From assembly GCA_964658305.1 (NCBI GenBank), contig OZ210885.1, positions 4,712,001-4,776,000 of the forward strand: 64,000 nucleotides of DNA. Direction: 5' to 3'. The DNA is from Leptogorgia sarmentosa. Lineage: Eukaryota. Under the pieces are notes generated by a model. It was not told where the DNA came from. It saw only the letters and a list, made by a program, of their open reading frames with translations, and did no database searches. Position 1 is the first letter of the stretch, and each line of letters starts with the position of its first letter. The position numbers and the translations under genes are program-made. Positions 1 to 12,107 of this stretch are shown here, piece by piece.

Positions 1-228
1 TCGCGTAATCAATATCGCTCAAAAGTTAGTACTGCAGCATTCTAATAACAAGTATAAGTAATAAATACACGTACATATTCATTGACACACAATAGAGAAC
101 CATTAAATACTAGCTACGCTATTACATGTACTGTACGTCAACTGCCACCTCATAGTTCGAATGAAAGTGACAACTTTTGATTTCAAAACTTGTTTACGTA
201 TATCAAAACGGTATTTTCAAATTTATAG

Positions 229-3200
229 AACGACGAAGGACTGGGCTTTAACGTGATGGGCGGAAAGGAGCAATCATCACCAATTTACATATCTCGAATT
301 ATTCCTGGAGGAGTCGCAGACAGGTATGCACATCGAGTGAAGTGCCATAAAACGGTTGATAGTAATTTGTACTTTTTTTTATTCTCCTTAATTTGGAACT
401 TCTACTCGCTGCCTAGATGATACAATAAGATTCGATGTTTCAAACAGCAAAGGCCCTTCGTCGTAGTAGAATAATAAAAGTACAAGATATTAAACTAATG
501 ATTATATGTCTGGAATAAATACCGCACACCAGGGCCTGTTCTAAGGAATTTCAACACTGCACACTTCAGACCAAATATCGATATCGACGTTATCTGGTGA
601 CGTCATGTTTAACGTTTAAGTTATATAAATTTCAATTTATAAAGGCGAAATTTGCACAAAGTACTGTGACTTTCTAGAGATTTAATATTGGATTTACTGC
701 AAACTTGCTGTGGCTAATACAGCAAGTCTTTACAATTTCGCCTTTGCAGAGTTATTTTAGAAATCTGACTCATTTTTTCGTGTAACACTGGTTGATTGAT
801 TACAGATCTGGAAAAAGTCATCTTAGAGCTTATTAATCAAACTAAAGCTTATTATGCCGTACTGTGACAACAGAGAACACTCCTCCTCCCAGTGAGTTTT
901 GCTGTCCTGGAGAAACACAAATGACCGAAATGAAACTAAAATGTTGACCGGACCACAAAGTGTTACGAACATTGTTTTTAATGACTTTATTTTGCATAAA
1001 ACGTTTGTTGTCAACAAGAAATTTACATTATATTTTCGAAGATAAATTTTATTCCTTTGGAGTATTTTTATTGGCAGCGAGAGTGTTTTATGTACAAAGT
1101 CAGAACAAACTGCGATCTAACCAAGTCATATAATAAATCCCTACCTCTGTATGTGTGCGAATTTTATCGCTTATCCCTGCTTCTTCGTCACTCGGTTTGT
1201 AGCGAAAACCTCAGGCAATACTGTACTTTCCCGTACAGACATAACACTCGGTTAATAAATCCTTGTTATTAATCTTTGCTCCAAACATTTAGGTAGTGAG
1301 TAGAACTTTTGTGGATTTTTTGATGCTGTTATGCGCTACCTACATTTGCCACATACTGAATTTTGGATATCAACATTGTCTTAACTTTATGTAATGATAC
1401 TTTCTAGGCATGGTGCTCTGAAACGCGGGGATCAACTACTGTCAGTAAATGGCGTGGTAATGTATCGTTGATATTTGTCTATTCCATAGTCCATACAGGG
1501 TATACCACGTACATGTACGTACGTATAACTCATAACAGGGATATGCGTAGGTGTCGTAAGTATTCTGAAGGTTGCATCATCGTCGTTCTTTCCCACGGTC
1601 ATGGCCCCTTTGCGGCTTGTCTGCACTTTGTCGACATACACTCCATCGTGATGACCAATTTTTTTAACCTTTTTATCCGCAGAGCGTCGAAGGAGAGAAC
1701 CACGAGAAAGCTGTCGACCTTCTCAAAGCCGCTGAAGGTACAGTAATGCAGAAACGCGGACTAACAGTTTAGCTTTCATTGGTTTGGTTTTCAGTGCTTA
1801 TAGAAGAAATAAATATAATGAATTATGAAAACTCTTCACTTAAGTGAAAACGCTGTATTTTTTATTGTATAGTTGCACGCTTTTTGTAGTTTTATTTCAA
1901 TTTTTCGTTTTTTATTCCAGGAAAAGTCAGACTGGTTGTGAAATATACCCCTAAATGTAAGTATAAATCAATGTGTCATAATGTATCATTCCCCTTTCAG
2001 ACAAACGTTTGACAAATAGACAAACTTTTGAACTGTGAAGTTTGGTTACAAAATATTGAAAGTTGCGGAAAATACAGACATGTGGAGTTCGCGAATATTG
2101 TATACTTCTTTATAATATAAGTAGGGTAAAAGCTGCAACGTGATTGGCTAATGAGCGTGCATTATAACAGCATAATGCACGCATCTAGCTATTGAATTTC
2201 TCCCGCGACTTTTTGGTTTGACAAAAAGACAATAAAAATACATATATACTAAAAATACATCTATAAAAAACGCTTGAATTGTTTGCTTTCGCTCAGCTAA
2301 AGGAATAAAGCTGTGTTGCTGCTTGGCAACATTTGAGAACACGCTTGATTACATGTAAAGAGAATTGTAATTTTGATCTTCCTAACGAAGTTTTTTGTTG
2401 CGCTAATATTCTCTTATATTATAAAAGAAATAGAAAAACTCGTCGCGTGCCATTATGCTGTTGTAATTGCACTCGGGCAATGTTGTGAGAATACTCGAGA
2501 ATCGCGTAAAACACTCGGCTACGCCTCGTGTTTTACGCGATTCTCTCGTATTCTCCCAACATTTCCCTCGTGCATTATAACAGCATAATGGCACGCGACT
2601 CGTTATCTATTTCTTAAGTATTACGCGCGGCTCAGTGACAGTCAGATTTCGAATGTGATTTGATCTTTACCGTGCGTAACACAAAAGTGTTCAAAATTTA
2701 CAAACTTCACATCGCCTCACTCGCCTGCGGCTCGTGGTTTTTTGCGTTTTCCGAAACTCTTGCCACACCCCACGTGCATGGATGACGCAATCCTGCACGG
2801 AAAACCATTCGGTATTCCTTTAGTAGTTCTTGGTATGGCTGAATCAAAATAATTTAATCCGTAGTCCTGGGACCGGTTATTCATAGCACGTTTAGCTTAA
2901 ACGGCGGATAAGTCAGATTTAGAATACGTTCCCCGTTCATCTTGTGAATAACTGAGCATACATTTTAAACACTAAATATGCATGTTGTATACATAAATGT
3001 TCTTTTCGGATCGGAAAATATTATTTTGACGGTTCAAGGAATACATAAACTTGTTTGATATTTTGGACTTATCCACCGTTTAAACTAAACGGGCTACGAA
3101 CAACCGGCCCTTGAAACTGAATCAAAATGATTTGATCAAACTTGATCCAGTCCTAGATTAGTCAAAACTAATTTGCATAGTAATCTCGTTTTGAATGCTT

Positions 3201-3563
3201 TAAAAAGCGACCATTCAATTTTAAAAAACAAAAACATTGACTCTATTTTTTTTAAATCTCGAGTGGACGCTCACGGACCGCTCACGTAGCCAATCAGATT
3301 GCAGAAAACGCTAAAATATGGATTCGGACTGCAAGAAAAAAAAATTAACAAATTTTCCTGGGGTTTTTTTACATTCATTTCATTATTAAGAGGTCAAAAA
3401 ATACTTGCCTGCAACCATTCAATAACTACGACCACATGCAGCAATGCATGGCTTAAGGTGCTGTAAGTCATAACTCCTGATTATATAATAAATATTCTGT
3501 ATTTGTTTAGTGCTAGACGAAATGGAACAGAGATTTGAGCGACAGCGAATGGCAAAACGTTAA
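229..3563 (+). CDS. LIN7: LIN7/Veli/MALS PDZ scaffold protein, 3' part (5 coding exons; 5' exons outside window)
   Basis: Exons 229-323, 1408-1456, 1683-1737, 1921-1956 and 3511-3563 have AG/GT boundaries with compatible phases. Spliced translation is [95 protein letters not shown], matching the LIN7 PDZ domain and tail. Confidence 0.95.
2105..2620. mobile_element. Non-autonomous hairpin-ended repeat in LIN7 intron
   Basis: Imperfect palindrome ~2425-2615 centred on ctcggctacgcctcg. Arm sequence cgtgcattataacagcataatg is also present near 2156, next to a tgattggc motif. Confidence 0.7.
2870..3110. mobile_element. PIF/Harbinger-like MITE
   Basis: Imperfect ~45 bp TIRs (ggaccggttattcatagcacgtttagc / tttaaactaaacgggctacgaacaaccggccc) with flanks ctg/ttg. 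Confidence 0.65.
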
Positions 3564-3589
3564 GGTACATGCAAGATATTTTTTTACAT

Positions 3590-3910
3590 ATTATTAGACA
3601 ATTATTGAATATGGTCAAGTGGGATATGTTGAATTATTAATTATAATAAACCGAATTCAATAATTGTTTTATTATTTATTTGTATCTTTTTTGGACTTCG
3701 GTTAAACGCATTGTACACAAGACCTTTCTTTGTGAAAGCCATTTGTATTTTTCAGCTTTTGGTATTTAGACCATAAATAAGTCGACGTCATAATGTTATA
3801 TAATTTTCAATATATGATATAATTACGTCATAATGTCGTTTATCACGATTTCATCCACTGCTCTTAACCAATCAAAACTCTTAAATTATTTGAAATAAAT
3901 AGTAATATAA
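3590..3910 (-). mobile_element. Hairpin-ended repeat, inverted copy of the family at 40571-41003
   Basis: Reverse complement aligns by eye with ~40600-41000 (e.g. gccatttgtatttttcagctttt and aacgcattgtacacaag). Confidence 0.75.
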
Positions 3911-4103
3911 TTTAATTTAAATATTTTGAATATTATTGTATAGTTAGTTTCGATTTGGTATAAGTTACCCTGTTTTATTTTTTTACCCATTCCAAAGAAT
4001 TATGGAAAATAATATTATCAAACTAGTTTTTCGGTGACTTGTTCCGACAGATTTCTGTAGGTTGTGACAACTTCTATTACTAACATTTTGAAATCTTTTT
4101 TAG

Positions 4104-4134
4104 ACAACAAAGAGCACAATTCTCCGTACAGTAA
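4104..4134 (+). other. LIN7: Probable terminal LIN7 exon start (reads (R)QQRAQFSVQ* in phase 2)
   Basis: Acceptor tctttttag at 4103 and donor g|gtacat after 3564. The QQ matches the RRQQ tail of LIN7 proteins but lies after the TAA at 3561-3563. Confidence 0.55.
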
Positions 4135-5939
4135 AGTAAATTGTCTGCACTGGCCAAATTATTAGCAAATATTCGTGCCTCTTCAGAAAATTTCTGGTTA
4201 GAGGAGAGGCAATTTTTTTTTAGTAAACCGTGTTTGCCATCCCATAAGCTCTTTTGGTTCCCATGATATCTTTGCTATTTGTAATATACTTAGCCCAACC
4301 CTAAAAGGCTCAATCCAAGATAATGAATTTAAAAATATCCTGACAAAGCGGCGAGACGTCGCTTAGGATCGCTAATTTTCCTTGCAAAACAAAGTTTATA
4401 ATGAACCTGAAAATGTATCTATTGTAGTTGATATATCAAAAGTTACATGTACTACCTTAGCATTCCACCACCGAATATATGTACAAAGAGCTCACTCAAA
4501 GAATAAAGGACCTTGGGGGATAGCAATGACCATAAGGGGATGGAATGGCAAACAGGATTTCTGAAGGGGGAGCATAGCGCTGTACAATTTGACCTCTATT
4601 AAAACGATTTTGTGGAAAATACTGTTTTTGTCGAGACACCAAACGAAATAGAGAATTTCTATATTTTGAGGCCGAATGGGGAAAATGTAGCTACTAAGAA
4701 TAACTTAATAATAATCAAAATTATCATCCTACATATTTTAGAAATTACGTACAGATTTTTTTATCCTTATAGCATAAGGTAGAATGTAACTATGAATGAT
4801 TTTTTGTTTAACTTGAACCTATGTATTGCATGTATATTTGAATAATAGTCCAAATAAATTGTTTTTAACCATTAACGCTTTCTTTTATTTATGATGTTAA
4901 AACCACTGTAGTCGCTATTAACGGGCTAATTAGGTAAAAAAACGCGCGGATTAAACAGAGCTCCCAAATGGCAAACGTGAATTACGTAAAACAACACCAT
5001 AGATTTTTTGGTGGTACCATTGAACTCTAAATAATCTGGAATGATAACTTGGCCGCCATCTTTCAAGCCGCACATGAGTGGCTTGGACAACAGTAGTTTC
5101 GAATTATATACATAAAACTTCAAAAAATTGTTTACTCTAGAAATATAAAGCAAACAAAACGAAAATCGAGCAAAAGACCGCGCGAAAATTTTTAGGTTTT
5201 GTGGTTTTTGTGCTTTCTAGAAAGAGTTCGAGACTATTTTACCATCCTTTAAAAAGAAAAAGCATCAGCGCTTTTATGACTTTGTCATAGCGCGCGTTAG
5301 CTGTAAGTAACCGTAACTTTTTTTGTGTCTGCGCTTGCGCGGATAGTTAAGCTAAATTCTTTTGCGATGACGTAACGACAGGATGGTGGCCGTGGAGGAG
5401 CGGAGGCGATGTTGCAATGTTTTGCTGATAAAATTTAAAGTGTAGTGTTGACATTCAAACATTTAGACAAACAATATTGTCTTTCTAAGACTCTAAGTCC
5501 TAATAAATGTTGTATCAAAAATATGTTGGAAATTGAATGGTGTTGATTTAACCGTATAAGTCCGCATATTCGAATGTAACATGTTTTATTACATATATGA
5601 CCACATTAACTTAATGTTATAGCCAGTGCCTTAATAATTCTCTCGCCGTTTCTCGGGTTACTCGCCGTTTCACGGGCAATTCTCGATAACTCGTCTCCTC
5701 TACACGGGTATAATTCTACTGAAGTACATTATGAAGGATATTCGTGAACTCTGGTGTCGATCGCTGAAAAAGGTTAGCATTTGAAAGAGTGCTTAAAAGG
5801 TAAGATAAATTTCTTGCAGCTTGTAAACAATGGTTTCCTAAAAATACAGTACTACGGTTTCAAAACTACACAACCACGGGGTTTATGAAGTAATTCTCTC
5901 CCCCTTTACCATTCTTTTACAACAAAATTGATGGCCACT

Positions 5940-6162
5940 CAGGGCCGTGCACCGCTGCAGCCCCCCAATATTTTATATCGAAAAGCTCCCCTCTAGACTC
6001 TATTCTGAGTGTTAAGGCTTTGGTCAACACTCTGAAATGGCCGTTTCCGGCGATCTAGAGGCTCTAAATTCTCAAAATTTTCAAGCTCGACGCCAACCAT
6101 GCTGGCGTCTCGTCAGACACGCCCCCCCCCCCACCAACTTTCAAACCGTTCCTACGCCCCTG
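5940..6162. mobile_element. Degenerate hAT-type MITE
   Basis: Ends cagggccgt...acgcccctg with poly-C tracts. Internal aaaattttcaagctcgacgccaaccatg motif is shared with other MITEs in the window. Confidence 0.5.
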
Positions 6163-6263
6163 TCACTAGTTGATTTAATGGCTTGATAGTTATTTGCTTA
6201 GCTACTAGACTAGCTCAGTAACTATGATCTAATCACTGAATCGTAGGCGACAAAGTAAGTTTT

Positions 6264-6446
6264 CTGCCTCGTCCCCAGGCGCTAGATATGCTATTTATAC
6301 GCTCGTACGGTTATGCACTATATTGCAGGCTTACATGAAGTAGCGGGCTGGTGCCCAAGGGTGCGCAAACTTCATGTAAGCCTGCAATATAGTGCATAAC
6401 CGTACGAGCGTATAAATAGCATATCTAGCGCCTGGGGACGAGGCAG
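6264..6446. mobile_element. Palindromic MITE with perfect ~77 bp arms
   Basis: ctgcctcgtccccaggcgc...cttacatgaagt, a short spacer, then its exact reverse complement ending gcgcctggggacgaggcag. Confidence 0.8.
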
Positions 6447-7416
6447 GCAAGTTTTTGTAAAATATAAACATGGTAGAAGTTAAAAACCTTATTTCAAGGG
6501 TTTGTAGTGAAGTTCTTTTCATAATTTTAATCTCTTTTTCGTCCTTATTGCATGTTATAACACCCAAATTTTCCAAAATACTCGCTCATGACGGCTATTG
6601 AAAAGACTTATTGAGGCCGTGAGGAAAAAATCTATCGTGTTTGATATTGTCTACACAGCTTTAGCTACGACCTCGCCTGACGGTTAGCTCAGCCAAAAGC
6701 TCTCGTGTCCGGCGGGCTTTATAGATTGAATAATTCGGAGTGGCTTTAGTTTTTATTACAAAGACCCGGGAGTATTCTCCCCCGAGAAAATTTTGAAATC
6801 GGAGTCCGGAATCTATAGAAATGGCAAAATCGTGCACTTTGTGAAATCATGTAAAATGTGTCAATTCGTCATCGTAAAATGCAAAATGGGCAAAAGGCTC
6901 AAAGGCATCTTTGGCAATATTTGTCCAAAAATGTGAGCATAGGCGGCGCCATATTGTTTTTTTTTCAGCGAGTCGATATGATTCTCGTCGTCATGGTGAT
7001 ATGGTGCAAACATATTGACTCTTTGACGTCATTTGGGGAATATGAATGATTGAATGTGAAAAATCCAAATCAGCTATTGAGTCGATATGACAAATTCACA
7101 GTTCCCTGTTAGCCAATCAGTAATATTTTAAATAAATAATAATAACTGATAGTATAGTTAACAATGTTTTTCAATCGCTAAACTAAAAGTCGTTTTTACT
7201 CTATTAGGCCTGATAAAAATCCTTTCCTACTGAAACTGTACAATGAGTTTCGATAATAAATTAAATCGATAACAGAATTCAGAATGCCGACTTTAGACTG
7301 CATAATGTATCAGTCAGCATAGATTTTCATTAGTGTCTCTCAAATTGCAATCAATATACTATGATGTTTTTATCCCTATTCAACGGGATGATATGTAAGT
7401 TCTTAACCAGAATTCT

Positions 7417-8358
7417 TTATTGGTTGCTGCATTTCTTGCATCGAAGTATTGCAAGGATAATCTGTCCAGGAGCTTTTCTGTATTTGATATGTCTCATTCC
7501 ATAAATGAAAGCATTCACAATGGAGTTTATTCCATAAAATTCATAATTAAACACAACGAACCACCACTGCTTGCATGAATCACTACATGAAGTATATAAC
7601 ACCGCCCCAACCACCGTTGGTATTAAAAGACAAAAGGTCAACACCGCAACAACAATAGAAAATGTTTTAACTGCTTTTACAGCGTGAAAAATTCGATTTA
7701 CGTCCCTCCGGTTGGTTGGTGTTTCAGCTAAGATACGTTTTCCGTGTTTCTCCGCAACAATTAAAATCCAAACATTAAGAATTACTATTAAAGTCAGGGG
7801 AAATTTCACAGTAAGTGTCTGCATGAAAAGCAGCAGAGTATCATCTACATAACAAAGACTTCTTGATGTTTCGTTAAAGCTGCTAAAACACTCCAGTGAA
7901 ACAACAGAATAACAACAGGCAGTCAACCAAATACCAGACAGAGCTACAAAAACTCGTCGTTTTGTGACAATCAGCGGATATTTGAGAGGTTTTACAATAT
8001 AGACACATCGATCAACAGTAATTGCGAGAAGTGTGGCTATTGAAGCGAACATTAATGCCCAGATGGTTGAACGACTCAACTTACAAAATAAGTCTTGATC
8101 ACTTTCGATGTTTAATACAGTCTGTATAAATTCAATCATCCATATTGGATAAAATGTTAAACACACGAGAAGATCTGCCAGTGCCAGGTTTCCAACCAAG
8201 TAAGATGTCGCTGTCTTTTCTTTGCTCATAAAAATTGTATAAATTATAATTGTGATATTTCCCAAAACTCCAATAATCATTGCGAAGAATTTAAATACAA
8301 TGGACGAAATGAGAATCTCACTTGGTATTGTAGAAAAATGCGACGAGTTATTCGCCAT
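7417..8358 (-). CDS. Intronless class A (rhodopsin-like) GPCR, copy 1, 313 aa
   Basis: Seven hydrophobic segments with GN (TM1), LAxAD (TM2), C3.25, DRC and NSxxNAxxY; N-terminal NNSS sequon; ACCATGG start context. Confidence 0.93.
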   Translation of the reverse strand: MANNSSHFSTIPSEILISSIVFKFFAMIIGVLGNITIIIYTIFMSKEKTATSYLVGNLALADLLVCLTFYPIWMIEFIQTVLNIESDQDLFCKLSRSTIWALMFASIATLLAITVDRCVYIVKPLKYPLIVTKRRVFVALSGIWLTACCYSVVSLECFSSFNETSRSLCYVDDTLLLFMQTLTVKFPLTLIVILNVWILIVAEKHGKRILAETPTNRRDVNRIFHAVKAVKTFSIVVAVLTFCLLIPTVVGAVLYTSCSDSCKQWWFVVFNYEFYGINSIVNAFIYGMRHIKYRKAPGQIILAILRCKKCSNQ

Positions 8359-8423
8359 GGTTGTATGAAAGAGAATCTTTTATTTAATACACAAATACAC
8401 GTTGTTTAGGAACGCCGAAAATG

Positions 8424-8565
8424 GTAAACAGAGAATAATTGTGTTGTATAATAAGTTTATATAACGGTCATCAACTACTTGAGAAAGCTTTAAAGTTTAA
8501 AGTATCAAGACAATTATGAATAATGTCTCATCAACATTTTCAGTTTGTGAACGCAAATGGCAAGC
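8424..8565 (-). promoter_or_regulatory. Putative core promoter block shared by GPCR paralogues (TATA-like box plus upstream E-box)
   Basis: TATATAAA on - at 8456-8463 lies in a block recurring near 12200, 15990, 18840, 26670, 49060, 52675 and 58075. CA(A/G)ATGGCAA recurs at 8554, 22584, 45022 and 53255. Confidence 0.5.
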
Positions 8566-8616
8566 TTTCTACATAATATTATATATAGCTCGTAGTTCGT
8601 TGAAAAATAAGACATG

Positions 8617-8846
8617 ACGAAAAATACACATGTAAAAACCCACATGTGTTTCACATGTGGTTCACATGTGGAATTGGAACAATCACATGTGATTCACATA
8701 TGATTCACATATGATTCACATGTGAAACACATGTGGGTTTTTACAATGTGTTTCAGTTCACATGTGGTTCACATGTGGAATTGGAACAATCACATGTGAT
8801 TCACATATGATTCACATGTCCAACACATGTGTATTTTTCATAAGGG
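8617..8846. mobile_element. CACTA/EnSpm-like MITE made of cacatgtg subrepeats
   Basis: Inverted ends acgaaaaatacacatgt / acatgtgtatttttcataaggg (left CCC terminus missing); interior is tandem ttcacatgtg/ttcacatatg units. Confidence 0.6.
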
Positions 8847-11153
8847 AAAAGTGTCTCAATGATCAATATGAAAAGATCAATATTCAGTTAGGAGAGTCAA
8901 AGTGATATCTGCATTATCACAGATACAAAATGATAATATTAGTGCATAAAAATAAAGGTTTCTGAAGACCAATTTCATGTCATTGCATGAGAGCAACAGT
9001 CGTTGATATGAAATATAAAATTCTCTAACTACCTACAGTTTGCGAAAAAACGAAACTTCTAAATGGCATATAAATAAGCTAGTACGGTTAAGGTATGTTT
9101 CAATATTACGAAGTTTTATCGTGAAAATTTAACTTTTACGTATGAGAAAAATATCAAACAAGTTAAATTTGGAACTAAACAAGCTATCTGCATAAAATTC
9201 AATCTGATTTTTCTAAAAAAATTGTTAAACGTTGGCGATATTCTTGATTCAATTTATATTCATAATGGTTTGGCCTAAACATTGCATACTATGTTGAATA
9301 TATGATATACCGTTTTAAGTGTCCAGCTCTTACAAACAGGTGTATGCCGTTTTAACTCTTCCCCTCAAAATAGTAATAATTTCTTATCACGTTGATACAC
9401 GTGGCTTAAAAGGTAATAAATTCAGGAAATGGTGTCTAGACCAAGACATATTTCCTGAAATTAGTTAAAGTCTTTGGTACAGCTAAGATTCTGGGGAGAA
9501 AACTTTCACGGTAGTGTTCAGCTGTCGTCAATAACAACGTTGCCAGGCAACTATCTTTAAAAGGATTTGAAACGGGAAAATATCATGGGGAAAATTCAAC
9601 CCCCTTTTCTAGGGCCTCTAAAATCCATTCGAAATAAGAAATGGATATTATCGCCTAATTCATGAAGTTTCATGACGTTGCTATAGCAATATCGCACAAC
9701 GCTCACCATTCAGTCCACTTTGTTTGAACAAACATTGATCTCAGGATAGGGGCGGAGTCCTGAAGGCAAACAGGGCCGGATTAACAAACTTTTGGGCCTG
9801 GAGAATTTTCACATATCCTTTACCAATGCCCCCCCCCCCCCTATCTTTTATATACATGAGATCGCTTCCTATGCCGCACAACGTTGATTATTCAGTTCAC
9901 TTTGTTTGGACAAACATTGATCTCGGACACATTTAGAAATGCAAATAGGTTATATTTCTGAATTATGATTATGAATTTTATAGTAAAAAATTCAGGGGAG
10001 TGTGGGGGGTGTGAAACTCTCCTCCCCTCCCGTTTCCCACGTTGCAATACGCCGATTGGCAGGGCAATTATGAGCAGGGCAGGGAATGCTTTTTCCCGCA
10101 AAAAATTATTGAATATCGGTTTGAATAAACTAAACGAAACACACTGGGTTATTATTGATGGTGGAATTGTGCGAAATACTGAATAAGGAATGGATTTTCT
10201 TACAAATGTTCTCTTATTCCGGTCATCAAATGACGGTTTCTCTAGAGGTTCTAATTGTTCAGAATTTCTCTGCTCTGCGCCAACCATGGTGGTGCCTAGT
10301 GAGATTCGCCCCCTCCCATTCAAAATATCCTTATGTCCTTCAGTATGTCATGATTTTTGGCAGGGCAGTTATCTAACCCCCTCCCACTATGCGGAGGTAG
10401 TTTCGTTTGTGACTATGATCCTGTCTTTGACCGAATCAAACAGTTGAGATCATGTATATTGATGAAGTGATATTTGATGCCATATATTTCTAAAACTAGA
10501 AAATCTTAATACAAGTCTATATTATCGGAATTATTTTGTTATCTCTATTATTCAAGATATTCACGACAGTTCAATTGACAGCATCAAGCCAACATGCCTG
10601 TGCGTCAGACTGATTAATTATGTGTTTAAAGAAGTCTAAACAACATTATTAACTTGTGAATAATTATAATATAGTCAAAACTACATCAGTCTGTTCCGCT
10701 TGTAATGTTTTTACGCGCGACGAACGAAATAACCCTGTGGTTTAGAAGCGACAAATATAGCATTTCCAAGGTTCTAGTTCGCAAAATTTCTTGAGGGAGA
10801 ATTTCCCAGGTTGACGTATATTTACAAGGATTTTTGTGGGCGTTTTCTGTTTTAATATTTTTGCCATCAACTGTCGATTCATGACAATGTTTTTCAGTTC
10901 TTAAATAAAAAGTCTTTTTTATTCTCTTAAGAGGTTTGATAAAATCCTTTCTTTAATTGAAACTGTTCATGTGTTCGTAACATACCAAATCTATAATGCA
11001 GAATATTAATTTTAGTCCCTGGTAGATTCGCTTCAAGGCATGTAAGAACCGTCTTTATCCCGGACCGATTAGAATACAATGAATCGAATGTATCTTTCAC
11101 TATTCAGCAGGATGAATTCTGTAAGTTCTTAACCAGAATTTCGAATCAAACTC

Positions 11154-12107
11154 TTACTGGTGGAGTTTGTTGCATCGAAGTATCCTAAGGAGGATCTGTC
11201 CATAAGCCTTTCTGTATTTGATATGTCTCATTCCATAGATGAAAGCATTGACAATGGAGTTTATTCCATAAAATTCAAAGTGAAAAACTGCGAACCACAA
11301 CTGCTTGCATGAATCACTACATGAAGATATGTTTTCTAGCACCTTCCCAACCACTGTCGGTGTTAAAACACACAAAGTCAACACTGCAACAACAATAGAA
11401 AATGTTCTGACGGCTTTGAAAGCTTGAAAAAATCGATTAAAACCCTTCGTGTTGGTTGGTGTTTCAGAGATACGTTTTCGTTGTTTCTCCGCCACGATTA
11501 AGATCCAAACATTAAGAATTATTATCAACGTCAGTGGAAAGTAGAAGATAATCGCGTCCCTGAAGTAGTACAACCCTGAGTGAAACATAAGGTCTAGCTG
11601 GCAATAATTTCTTAAATTTTCTTTAGATTTTGTAAATTCAACCAGTAAAACGGCAAAAACACAACAGGCAGTTACCCAAATACCTGATAAAGCTACAAAA
11701 ACTCGTCGTTTGGTCACAATCAGCGGATATTTGAGAGGTTTTACAATATAAATACAACGATCAACAGTAATTGCGAGAAGTGTGGCTATTGACGCGAACA
11801 TTAATGCCCTTATGCTGGAACGACTTAACTTGCAAAATAAGTCCTGATCACTATCGATGTTTAATAAAGTCTGTATAAATTCAATGATCCATATTGGATA
11901 AAATGTTAAACACACGAGAAGATCTGCCAGTGCCAGGTTTCCAACCAAGTAAGATGTCGCTGTCTTTTCTTTGCTCGTAAAAATTGTATAAATTATAACT
12001 GTGATATTCCCCAAAACTCCAATAATCATTGCCAAGAATTTAAATACAACGGACGAAATAAGAATTTCACTTGGTACTGTGGAAAAATGCGACGAATTAT
12101 TTGCCAT
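11154..12107 (-). CDS. Class A GPCR, copy 2, 317 aa
   Basis: Full 7TM ORF with the same motifs as copy 1. Confidence 0.93.
   Translation of the reverse strand: MANNSSHFSTVPSEILISSVVFKFLAMIIGVLGNITVIIYTIFTSKEKTATSYLVGNLALADLLVCLTFYPIWIIEFIQTLLNIDSDQDLFCKLSRSSIRALMFASIATLLAITVDRCIYIVKPLKYPLIVTKRRVFVALSGIWVTACCVFAVLLVEFTKSKENLRNYCQLDLMFHSGLYYFRDAIIFYFPLTLIIILNVWILIVAEKQRKRISETPTNTKGFNRFFQAFKAVRTFSIVVAVLTLCVLTPTVVGKVLENISSCSDSCKQLWFAVFHFEFYGINSIVNAFIYGMRHIKYRKAYGQILLRILRCNKLHQ

Noticed and set aside
7417..8358. Naming the GPCRs as TAAR, adrenergic, histamine or adenosine receptors
   Set aside because: No Asp3.32 or CWxP, and orthology cannot be established by eye.
9892..10447. ORFs of 70-150 aa here and at 13663-14109
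   Set aside because: They lie in nested MITE sequence and frames are not conserved between the duplicated copies.
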